Shown here: piece by piece, positions 52,701 through 63,129 of the stretch
How positions within the stretch are numbered: position 1 is the first letter of the stretch
How the letters are laid out: each line of letters begins with the position of its first letter
From: Klebsormidium nitens
Taxonomy: Eukaryota; Plantae; Klebsormidiophyceae
NCBI GenBank assembly: GCA_000708835.1
Contig: DF237304.1
Span: forward strand, 31,005 to 95,004
Length of the DNA stretch: 64,000 nucleotides
Reading direction: 5' to 3'
Made by a program: the position numbers and the translations under genes
The notes under the pieces: generated by a model
Database searches by the model: none
What the model was told of the DNA's origin: nothing
What the model saw: the letters and a program-made list of their open reading frames with translations, nothing else

Positions 52701-55144
52701 TCTCAGCTCCCAAAAACTATCAATCCTTCTGGACCAGGTTCATTCTGAAGCCCAAGGGGGGAGTCGCGGGGGCCATCCACTTCAGCAACACTGAACCGGG
52801 GCAGATTCTCCTCATCTCCCGACACGATCCGACCGCACCCGTCCAGATTTTCAAGACCCCCCCGGTGTCGTCGCTTCACCACGCAAATGCCTTTGAAGAC
52901 GGCAACGGAGGAATCGTTTTGGACACCCTGAAATACACTGTGAGGCTCTCTCTTCTCGCCCTGTCTGTTTCATCGGAGACCTTTTTGCATCCCCAAGTCG
53001 GGGGCAGAGAAGCAGAGAAGCAGACCTGAAAAGCAGACCCACGAACTGATTTGACGGGATTTAAGATCGTGCATTTGCAGTATCTGGTGAGAAGCCCAGG
53101 TCGAGCGAAGAATCGAAAGCTTGCTCACCACAATCTGGTCTATCTGGTAGTGTCGGCTTTGTGCGGAAGTGGACGAGGCTTCGTACGTTCGAACAAACCT
53201 GGAGCACTGGGGCGGCATTCACTTCGCTAACGGCGATTCAGTTTCAATAAGACTTCAAGGATCAAAGCTCAATCAAAAGTCAATCTCCAAGTTACTTAGA
53301 ATACGTTCTGGTCATAATGTTGGAACTGGAAAAGGTGGGGTTTCTAAGGGGGTTTAGGGTGGACATAGCTGTAGAGCAGGTGATATGTCGGGTTAAGTTT
53401 TTTGAGTGTCAGGTTCGTTCTGAGTATAACCTGAACTCATCAAAAGAATTCTTAAGAATTCTCGTTTGAAATCTTCCTCTCTTCGCAGCGAGTCCCCATG
53501 TCGTACATGAAGAGCGCCGCGGAGCGCGGTGCGTACCCGCCGCTGGACTTCCTTCCGGCGTCGAACCTGGTGCGGCTGCGGCTCGACTTGGCCACGGGGC
53601 AGACGACCATCGAAACGATCGACGAGCGCAACGGCGAGTTCGCCGCGGTGCACCCGGACAAGGTCGGCAGCAGCGCGCGCTACATCTACACCGCGTCGTG
53701 CCAGGTGGGATATTAAATTTACTTTCTGGCTTGAAACCGACAAATTGTTTCAGGAAACTCCCAAACTTCGCTTTGTCCATCTCGAGCTCGCAGACCTCCC
53801 CCATCCGTTTCAGGTACGGGCGCCTTCAACCTTATCGCTCGTATGTTAGCGTGCGTTTGAGATTCATAGATTCGAGCATCGTGCATCGGCAGTCTCTTAC
53901 CTTGAGTTCTGCAGTTCTCGTCAGCCGCACTCCTGATTGTCATCCAATGCTGTTGACGCTGGCACGTTTGGCGATCACTGTTTTTGGGTTGGCAACCTGA
54001 GTGTCGCTTCATTTCTCCAATTTCAAGTGTTCGATTGTCCCCTTCTGGGAACGATCTTTCAACTCGCTCGCTCAGAGTCTTTCCGCTTTTCCGAAAACTC
54101 CCCTTCCCTTTTCGTTTTCCATGGTTTTCTTATTGTCCAAACCCAAACAGGTTCCGGAAGGGGGGGCTCTCTTCGACGCGCTCCGCAAGGTCGACACCAG
54201 CGGCTCGACCGCCCCGCAAGTGTGGGCGGAGTGGCCGACCGTCTACGTGGGCGAGCCCATCTTCGTGCCACGTGGCGGCCAGAGAAGCGACGATATCCTT
54301 CCGGAAGACGCGGGCTGGGTGCTGGTGCTGCTGTACGACACGGACCTGCTGATGACGGAGCTGGCCATCTTTGACGCCGAGGTGAGGACCAGTCTGCGTT
54401 GTGGAGTGCGGGGAAGAATTGTGTCAAGGGCGAGCTCACGTAGCTTTCAGTCTATGGTTCATCATTACACGGTGACGAATCGCTTTCGCGTGGTCGTTTG
54501 TCCTGTTCGGAAATTTGCCGATTTTTCAATTTGACGAAGTACAGTACACTTCCATGTTCGCTCGGCTAGAGACATTGGCGAACCGACTTCTCTCTGCAGA
54601 AGCAAGCGTTCTTACACTGCGAAGAGAGGCAGAGAGCGACGCGTTACGACCTGAGTGCTCGCCTTCAAAGCCCACTGAATTGCATCTCGTCAAGAGCAGA
54701 ACCACCCACCTAACCTAGCAAAAGTCTCCCTGGATTAGATGGCTCCTAATCGTACGATCAGACCTGATACAATTTGAGGGCGATCTCAAAACGAGAGAGT
54801 CTTTGCCGTAAAGGCAGGCTCTGCATCCATTAGTAAAAGCCCGGTCCGCAATAGCGGCTACCCCGGTACATTCACGACGGATCTTATCGAAAGCTCCTCA
54901 ATCTGGAGCTTTCGATGCATCCGCTGCATCGGCATGATCAAGCAGGTTTTCCCCCGGGAGCTGACGTCAAGCTGGAAATTCTGTTGTAAGCGATGACGTG
55001 TGGCTGACGTCATAGCCTTTGCGCGGTGCGCAGGATATCACGAAGGGCCCGGTCGCCCTGCTCCGGTGCCGGCACAACATGGCGTATGGGCTTCACGGCA
55101 CCTGGGCTCCCCGAGCTAACCTGGACCGCGGTCGGAGGAAGTAA
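43740..55144 (+). CDS. Predicted fusion protein: transit peptide + tandem cyclic-nucleotide-binding domains + carotenoid cleavage oxygenase (about 982 aa)
   Basis: join(43740..43974,44503..44837,45285..45477,45887..46032,46812..46932,47521..47642,47842..47908,48470..48657,49475..49603,49987..50232,50894..51102,51763..51960,52738..52939,53489..53704,54151..54381,55034..55144). All introns are GT-AG, phases match, total 2949 nt with a single terminal stop. The join 48657/49475 is phase 0-0. Confidence 0.75.
45285..48657 (+). other. Tandem CNB (cNMP-binding, PKA-R/PKG-like) module of the gene above
   Basis: CNB-A: KEYKRGEILALQGDIEAEFFALTAGSVHVIKDGKMVGGMSAPDYFGELALHTQVPRSVTI. CNB-B: ERFEDNEIIIQEGEEGSRMYIVTEGEV...FFGERSLIKSERRDSTAICHGPVECVSLDRTSFLRLL. 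Both phosphate-binding cassettes keep G-E and R. Confidence 0.92.
49475..55144 (+). other. Carotenoid cleavage oxygenase module (RPE65 family; cyanobacterial apocarotenoid oxygenase-like)
   Basis: VEGHVPMDLDGVLYRNGP, DGDG, KNPANTNVVYWGGKLLALWEAGLPHELDPDTLET, AHPRIDP, LMHDF, LHHANAFE, NGEF, VGEPIFVP, EDAGWVL, YGLHGTW. All four Fe-binding His and the three second-sphere Glu are present. Confidence 0.95.
50560..50893 (+). repeat. Low-complexity C/T-rich intron segment with many aaccct/aacccc words
   Basis: taaacccct, taaaccct, aaacccct, taacccct, taaccct, caaccct, gaaccct recur ahead of the acceptor at 50893. Confidence 0.6.
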
Positions 55145-58100
55145 CCGGGTGACGTAAGCAAGGGACACGTGGGCTGACTACATCTGCATGGGCTCAATCA
55201 GCATAGGTCGCGCAGTCGATCCAAGGGGATCACGTTGGTTACACATCTGGTCCAGAACAGTTTACTTGGTTCCCGGTTGGGTCTTTGTCGAATACGTTTC
55301 TAGTCAATGAGATGGAAGTTCCACGATTAGGGTGAAGTTTGTCAGTATGCCATGGTGACTTTTGAAGCAGATATTAGAAGCTCAGAGGCTGGTGGAGAGA
55401 GCAGGAAAGGCAGTTTCGAACCGTTCGCTCGTACACGCATCCCTTCGTTCGTACCACGTAGTACATGTTTATTAGCGATTTATGCAGCCAGGTTCTAAGG
55501 GCTTCGATCGGTTGACCTACTTGACATTGCAACTGAGCCCAATTTGCCTTCGAGACACAGCTGGTAGCATGCAGCGCCCGCGCACATGGACGTATCTGGG
55601 GTTAAGCTACCGTATAATGTCTGGTTACTGAGGTGCTAGCTCGCGTCTGTACGTACTTAACCATTTTAGGACTTGAAGCATTAGCCATCGACAGCTACTC
55701 AGTAGCTAGCCGCGCTGCAACAGCTGCTCTTCTAGATTCGGTCGCGCCGAGGTTAGGCTTGTACAGGATTCAATTAAGAACACGTGTCAGTTAGTGCTTG
55801 TTTGCTAGCCAGTCCATATAGATTCTGGTCTGTCAGTTTTTATGGCGAAGACAAAAAGTCAGTCGATCACAATCGTGAGCTTCTCCGGTGATATCACCGG
55901 GCTTTTCAAAATGTGAACATCTGTGCCGTTTGGATGCGACTAGCTTTGAGTCTAGCTTGCGTAGACGTATGTCTTGAACAAGTGTGGGGGTTACGCTTTT
56001 TAATTAATACCGCGTCTACCTCTCAGTTTGGCAGAAAATGGAGAACCATGATCAAAGTGACGGTTCAAAAAACATTGAATAATCACTGATTGTAGAACAA
56101 TTGTTGAGGACGACGACTAGCTGTTAGAGCTGTCGCTCAGATTGCAACACATGCATGCATGTTCTCTATCCATGTTTAGAGCGGCGTGATCTCATGCGCT
56201 CCAGAACTATAGTAGCTTGTGCTGTATAATTCGCCCCGGACCCGGGAATATGTTTGAAGTACCAGGTTGACATACATGTATGAGCCCGAAACTCCGCGGG
56301 GGACGCGGTGTAACAGACATAATCCTCCTAAAAGTAAGTTTGCACATACACAAAATACCCGCCCGGAGCTCGATCATGCAGGTGATCTCAAGTTTGAGCT
56401 GAAGGGAACAGTATGCACTGAACAGTAAAGAAGCACGAAACCAGAAGCAATCCTTAGACGGACTTCGATCCCCGGCCAAGGTCGAGATGATACACTCGTA
56501 GACTTAACTACCCCGAGATTTTGACTTACGCTACCACCAATCTAAGAATTCAAGCACGCGCGAGGCCTCCGAAATCGACATACTGAAAGAAGTTCCTTTT
56601 TTTTTCCTAACTTGCTCAGTCTAAATGTCTGAACCACCTCGAGAGCTCGAAGAGACAGGTAGCTGGCCTTTACGGAAGCGGCGAAAATTTGTTTTTAGCA
56701 GTGAGCATCATCAGGCAGTCCCGCATGGTCGGCCGTAACTTTGCCACCGTATGAACACAAAGCAGACCAATCTGCGTCGGAGAAAGGCGGGATCAGCCAT
56801 CAGCCCACGAAATTTGACGTGACAATGTCATCCGTTGGCGGAGTTTGCGGAACTTAGCTCCCGCCAACTTTGACAACGCATCGGCCAGAAAGTGCGATAG
56901 CGGAGGTGGATGGAGTGACGAGTCATCTTTTGAAAGCCGAAACTTGACCAGGAGAACTTATGAAGACCCCGCCAACCGGTTCCGTTCCGGATTCCGCCCG
57001 CGCAGAGCGGCATGCCTTCCACAGACCGCTGCTGTGGCTGTCCCTTACGGATCGAACCAAAGAAACTGAGAATTTGACAGCCACGTTTCAAGGGGCGTAC
57101 CTGCGGTGATTTTGGCACATATCCGGGTTCGCCACGCCGAAGTCAACGCGCGACTGGCTTGCCATGACGTTAACTGAGGAGCGGTGAGGACGTACGAAGA
57201 TGTTCGCGGGACGTGCGGCAACCCGGTGGCTGACGGGAACGAGACGGGTGCGGGGACGACACGCGCTTTGGGCGGTTGCTCGAGGCGCGACGACGTGACG
57301 GAGAAAACGCTGCACATGGGAAATTGAAGGTCAGCCTCAACAAGCTATGTCAAAGAAGGACTCTGAACGTTGTGCCCTGAGAAACGATTCGTGACAAGTG
57401 TTGAAGGTTGGTGCACGGGACTGAGCCGCACTTGGAGGGAGCGGCAACTTAACCTGGTATTTGTGGAACGAAGCAAACGGACTGCATTTCAAACAGAAGG
57501 AAACACTATCGCAGCGCGAGATAGCAACGTACAAGCCTCCAGACCAGGTCACAAGCCTATGCGACATTCTGACACGAGGATGTTCAGAGAATCTAGTTCT
57601 CCTCGCAAGCGCAACCGAGAGGACAAGGTACATCGGCACATGGTTATCACGATCGGAGTCAGCGCAAAACAGATGGTACATGACATTTGCAGAGCATTTT
57701 AGTTCTGGCTGGGATGGTAGGGGTGCAACCGGTGACCAAAAAATTACAGGGCGTAACGCTAAGTATGCCGCCTCCTCTTGCAAGCGAGTCCAAGCAAAAC
57801 GCCAGAGAATTGGGCGACATTGGTGCAGCCAGTCTCTAGATCGATCAGTAACGTTCGTGTCGCAAGACGGATCCGTGACACAAGGCATGCGCTTCCAATG
57901 AGATTCAAGAGGGCACCTGTACGGCCGCTTACCCCAGCGGAACAAGGAAAGAACGTCGATGATGCAGTTCCGCTCATCTAAAGGAGCAGCCCCCCTGATC
58001 CCTGTCCCGCTCTATCCAGCCGGCGGAGCGTGCGGCCAACCGCCGCTCTCGTCCGATTCGCGCCAAAACTCGCACGCTCGTTACTGAGACGGACAGCTGT

Positions 58101-60342
58101 GCACTGACGTCACCCGGGCCTTGCTAACGTCAGCACCGGGAGCCGGCTGGGGGGTCCGTCGGACGGGAGAAGTGGAGGACGTGGCACGGCCCGAATTGCG
58201 GTCCGCGCCCACGCTGCAGGAGCACGGGTGACGTCAACATGGGCCGTGATGACGTCAGCGCTAAGGCCCGCGAATCATGAAGCAACTTGAAGTTGAATGA
58301 CGAAGCGTCAGAGAGCACGGTGTCCTCAGAGGGGAATCAGAGAATAGACAAATGGTTGCATACACAATACCTTCCGCTACAGCAGACCACGGGATGAAAC
58401 GGAATACAAGCGACACCGGTGAGACAGAAATGTCAATCTGATGGGCCGGTATTGCTGGACCTTCGACGAGACGCGCATACGAGAAGTGCTTTCTAGCAAC
58501 CACGTAAAGCGCTAGCGGGTACACCAGCTCTTAATTGTGCAACCGGAGAAGGAGGGTTGACAAGACTCCAGTCGAGGATGATTTGAAGCGTCTCCGATGG
58601 CTTCACTCAAGTCTTACTCACGCTTTTGCTATGAAAGGCGATGCAAAGACCCTACCCTCCACCCAGAGGGAGCCCCAAAAATGCTGCAGATTGAGAATTC
58701 TAAGAGAAGAACATCAGGCAGCATATTGTCCAGAGCATCGGAGCGTTTTAAATGGTTCAGACCGCAAAAAAGATTCTTTCAAGGTAGACAACCCATCCAT
58801 CAGGAAAAGCGTGTCGAGTCTTGCACTGAACACGGTGACTGTCCCGTTCCTCCTATTGTTTCACCGGCTTCGATCTTGACAGCAGTCACCACTTCCCCTT
58901 GAAAAGACCAGAACGGCCGCTTACAAGCTTTCCCAGGCGCCCAGATCCTTGCTGTCCGCATACGATCTTTTCAGCGACGACTACCGCAATGTTAACGGCT
59001 CCTTAGCTCTTCTGCGACCAACTTCTATAAGATTCGGGAAAAGTTCAGGAAGCACGTCTCGGCTCACCACACTCACTGGCTCGTTCGGAGCATCGGCCCC
59101 GCTCAAGGTGGTAGCACCAAAACGGCGCCTTCGCAGCGAGCCGCGCGTTGACTTGCGTGCTACACGCCAGCGGCGATCCTGAATAAATATCATACTCTTA
59201 ATCAGCGGGGACGACTCTGGAATGCTACGAAAGACGGATTTGCTGCCTTATGCGTAGGATCAAGACAGAGTCACCTTACAGGCAGTAAGGGAACAGCCTT
59301 TTTAGAACAAGTCCAACAGTTGCCAGAAGCCGTACTCTTGAGTATCTTTACTGTGCAATCTCGTTCGGCAGCTTAATGCGGACGCAAAGCTTCGCAAGAC
59401 CCGTTGTAGGTCTTCAGGATCCATTGTCAAGCAAAAGCCCGACGATAAAAGTCTGACGTCATTCAAAACAAAGGTGCGTCTTTCTTCCGCGTATCTCTTC
59501 ACGACTAAAGGGATCGAGACAGCATCCTTTCAGGATCCTTCACACAAACGTTCTCAGCATCAGGCGAATTCTTAGTCAGCACGCTTCGACATGGTACTCC
59601 TGAAACTCACCCTGCTTCAATCCGCACTCTCACAAGGAGCCTCGGCGCACGCTCGCTCCGCTGGCCTACTAGTTGCGCTTACACTGCCGGGTCGGGCGAC
59701 CGGAAATAAAGTCCTCGTTGGGGCCCACCCTGCAACGAGCATGCGAATCCTTAGACAGCCCCAGCACTCTGACCTAAGCGTGAAGCGGGAGCTTGGAACA
59801 TAGCACATGACTATCTTCCAGAGCGTGGTAATTCGGGAGCCAGTATACAAACTAAACTCGTCTACCCAAGAGATCAGCTTAATCAGGTACGAGATACTTG
59901 AAGCACAGCAAGGCTCTGCTATTCGCCAAAGGGACCGAGGAGGAGGAGAAGCAATCGTCAGATACATCAGAGGAACCATCAAAAGCCTTGCGCATAAGAT
60001 GATCAATAAGGCAGTCAAAAAGGACAAGCATCCCTATGCTGAACCAGCAATAAAGCAGGACAGTTTCTTGAATGGATCCAACTTCGTACAGGACGTCATC
60101 ACAGCGGAGAGCAGAACGAAATCAGAGTCTTGAGAGGAAGATAGCGACGTGTCTGAGAGAGGAAGTTTAATTCGCTCAGATCGCTGACCCTTATGAACGT
60201 ACAACTTACGAAAGAACGTGTGACGTTTGATGAGATGCCTGATCTCGCTCTTTGCTTCGCCAAGCATTCCACCTTCGAACTTGTTCGTCACGTCACTCAC
60301 CGCAACTGTTTCAATGTACTCCTGCTAGGGCCACAACTCAGG

Positions 60343-62673
60343 CTACTGCTCCGGCTCCGCCGCTTCGCCCGCTTTCCAGCCGCCGCTAGTTTCTTCCGGC
60401 CTGCCACCTTCCAACGCTCCCGCTTCTCCTGGCTCCACACCCAAAAGGCACAGGATCTGCGCTGCCAGTTCCCGTAGCTCACTTGGGTTTGGTTCGTAGT
60501 CGGGCCATTGCAATGTGCAGTACCTCTCCAGCTTCTGAATGCTCCCAGGCACTGCAGCAATCGCTCGTGCAGTCTCGCTGTCTGCCGCCAGGTTCTTCAA
60601 AGCTTTCAATGCCTCATCCTTCCCCATATTTGATACATCTACCATCCTTACGAGTCCCGCTAAAGCCCCTGGCATGGCCGCTATGGTTTTCCCGATCGCC
60701 ATGTCCTCCGCCAGAACGGCGAGCACAGATGCCTGTAACAGCGGTGACGCCAACTTGTTTACCATGGCACCAAGTCTCTCGAGACACCCCGGGACGGCAG
60801 CGACCGTTTTACTGTTTGCCGGCTTTGCCACCAGGTTCAGTAGAATGCGGGTTGTTGACTCCAGCAGATACCTGTAGTCCTTATCCGAGGCAAGAATTTC
60901 GACAAGCCGTCGCATAACGCCGGGTGTCTCCAAGGTCGCCCTCTGCACGCTGACCTCTTCTGTCAATGTGCCCAAAAGTACCGTGCTCCAGTACATGTGC
61001 TCAGCGCGTTCAGCCACCACGCTTTCTGAGGTCCCCAGAAGAGCAAACAGCGACTCCAGACACCTGGGCATGCTGGCAATGACTTTCACCTTTGCAGCAT
61101 CTGCAGCAAGGATGTTCAGTATCTTGACAGCTTGCACTTGTGCGCTGACACTCGCACAGGCCAGTAATCCTACCAATTCCGCTTGAATCCCCGGCACTTC
61201 CCACACCTTGTCGACATACTCCGGGCTAGCCCCAAGGAACCACAGTATCTCTCCAGCCGCTCGGTGAGCGTGCGAGCTTGGACTGTGCAAGAGACTGAGC
61301 AGCTTTTGTAGGCACCCCGGCAAAGCGACTACACAGGCTTGGAACCTACACCCCAACTCCATCAAAGCCACTGTTACAGGCTCAAGCGCCTCGTCAGGTA
61401 TTCCTGCATCCATAAGTCCAACCAGCTTCTCCAGAAGACCATGCACTTCTGGGATCGCCTCGCAAAGTTCGTCATCGCATACCACCTTCTCAAGGACGCA
61501 GGCAGCCAGTTCACGCATGGGCCCGCACCCAAGAAGATCGATGATCCGCTGCAGGCAACCCGGCACGTTCGCTATGACGGTTCGCGCCTCAAACTCCGCC
61601 GCTAAGCTCTGCACAGCCCCCAGGACATCGCCATTCACCGCTTCCAAAGGTGCGTTGGTCAAAAGCTCTGCCAAGTGCCGCACTATGCCAGGCGTCTGAA
61701 CTATCAGTCTGCACGCGTCGTCATCGGATGCTAGATACCACAGGATTCCAGGCACATTCGTCTGGGGGTCTGCGTTTGGGGTTTGCAGGAGGGCCCCAAG
61801 GCGCTGTAAACACCCTGGCGCCTGCGCAATGGCCACCCTGCTCCCAGCGTTGCTTGCCAGAGCCAGCAGCACCCTGACCGCCTTTTCTCTAACATCTACG
61901 CTGCGGCTATCCAGCAATGCGACAACTTTCTCCAGGCTCCTTGGAACGCCGATCCTTGATGGATTCTCAGTATCAATCCCCGCTGCTTCATTGCCCCACC
62001 AGAACACTTTCTTCAGGGAACCTGACCTCAGGGTGTACGTTGCCCCCGTCAAACAGTTCAGCTCCAGGCTTGTCAAGGACGGAAACCGCTCGATGAACGC
62101 ATCAAATCTAAGAGGGGAAACTGCAAACCCTTGCAGCGTCAAGGTACGCAACTGAGCAAAAGGCTTTGGCAGCCAATCATTGCACAAGAGCCTTTGAAAA
62201 ACCTGCGGTTCTCTTGTCCAGTAGAGAACCTCCAGAGTTGCCAGCTCTTTGCATGCCTGGAACATCAGGAGCATGTACTCAAAATCGATGATGCTTGCTG
62301 CTCCGGCCCCTCCCATAAACAAGTGAATCTCCTCAAGCGAGTCCTGTGCCTGGAGAATGATGGACTGCAGGATAGCTGCTAGATTCACCGGATGCTCCAC
62401 AACCAAAGCCACTTTTGTCAAGAGGGAAGCGCACTTTCTCTGCTGGAGCATGTACCGCAGGAAAGCTGATTCGTCTTCAGACTGGTTGAAATCCCAGTCC
62501 AGACACCCAGCATTGTGCACTAGTTCCTGGAATCGCTTGCAGACTGCCTCTAGCCGCAGCCTTTGGAGGGCCTTGGGCTCGGTGAAGGTGTTCGGATTCC
62601 ACAGCAGCTTCTCAAAGATCTGCCCAACCAAGTCATCGCTCAAGCGCTCAAAACAGTTCCTGTGAGCTTCCAT
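60343..62673 (-). CDS. Intronless F-box-like / LRR-like / Armadillo-repeat protein (776 aa)
   Basis: Single ORF. N-terminal F-box-like CFERLSDDLVGQIFEKL...LEAVCKRFQELV, LRR-like LRTLTLQGF/FPSLTSLELNCL, then many ARM repeats (PGCLQRLGALL, PGIVRHLAELL, PGCLQKLLSLL, PGVMRRLVEIL, PGALAGLVRMV). Confidence 0.9.
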   Translation of the reverse strand: MEAHRNCFERLSDDLVGQIFEKLLWNPNTFTEPKALQRLRLEAVCKRFQELVHNAGCLDWDFNQSEDESAFLRYMLQQRKCASLLTKVALVVEHPVNLAAILQSIILQAQDSLEEIHLFMGGAGAASIIDFEYMLLMFQACKELATLEVLYWTREPQVFQRLLCNDWLPKPFAQLRTLTLQGFAVSPLRFDAFIERFPSLTSLELNCLTGATYTLRSGSLKKVFWWGNEAAGIDTENPSRIGVPRSLEKVVALLDSRSVDVREKAVRVLLALASNAGSRVAIAQAPGCLQRLGALLQTPNADPQTNVPGILWYLASDDDACRLIVQTPGIVRHLAELLTNAPLEAVNGDVLGAVQSLAAEFEARTVIANVPGCLQRIIDLLGCGPMRELAACVLEKVVCDDELCEAIPEVHGLLEKLVGLMDAGIPDEALEPVTVALMELGCRFQACVVALPGCLQKLLSLLHSPSSHAHRAAGEILWFLGASPEYVDKVWEVPGIQAELVGLLACASVSAQVQAVKILNILAADAAKVKVIASMPRCLESLFALLGTSESVVAERAEHMYWSTVLLGTLTEEVSVQRATLETPGVMRRLVEILASDKDYRYLLESTTRILLNLVAKPANSKTVAAVPGCLERLGAMVNKLASPLLQASVLAVLAEDMAIGKTIAAMPGALAGLVRMVDVSNMGKDEALKALKNLAADSETARAIAAVPGSIQKLERYCTLQWPDYEPNPSELRELAAQILCLLGVEPGEAGALEGGRPEETSGGWKAGEAAEPEQ

Positions 62674-63129
62674 GGCTTCTCCTTGGCCAGATGGCCTCTG
62701 CTTCTGCTAGTTCAATGCACTTAAAAGGTGGCAAAGGCAACACCGAATGGCATTGGCAGACACTTGCAGCTGGCGCGTTCACAGCATCCTTCAAAAAGGA
62801 TTTCAATGCTGCCTGAGGGAGACTGGGTATCTAGGTTGATGGGAAATTGCACCCAAGTGTTTCCTAAAGGCTATTCTTGTTTTTTTTGATATCGTTTCAA
62901 CCGTCGATCGGCACTCTGAAGCAAGATAGCCGCTCGATGAAGGGATCATCAGCATGGGACCAGTTTCTGGCTCAGGATGTGTACCGTGTAACTCACGTGG
63001 CGACCAATCACTGTGAAAGGAACTGGACTGGTCGCTACCTTTCGGAGGCCGATGAAGCTGTAATTTGCAAATTGCCGTTGCCATTGCTTCTTCTGTGGTG
63101 ATTTGGGGGTAGAGTTATTGACGCTTGCC

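Noticed and set aside
53794-53840. Possible micro-exon TSPIRFRYGRLQPYRS in the CCD gene
   Set aside because: It ends in phase 2 while the next exon (54151) needs phase 0; the direct 53704-54151 join already gives the expected motif.
57337-57945. 202-aa minus-strand ORF containing GGLYVAISRC, resembling PIF1/Helitron helicase motif VI
   Set aside because: The upstream motif V (TINKSQG-like) and the other helicase motifs are absent; likely coincidence.
60483-62665. Many plus-strand ORFs of 60-144 aa, and similar antisense ORFs over bHLH, purA, DENN and CCD exons
   Set aside because: They are shadows of GC-rich coding sequence on the opposite strand or frame, with no motifs of their own.
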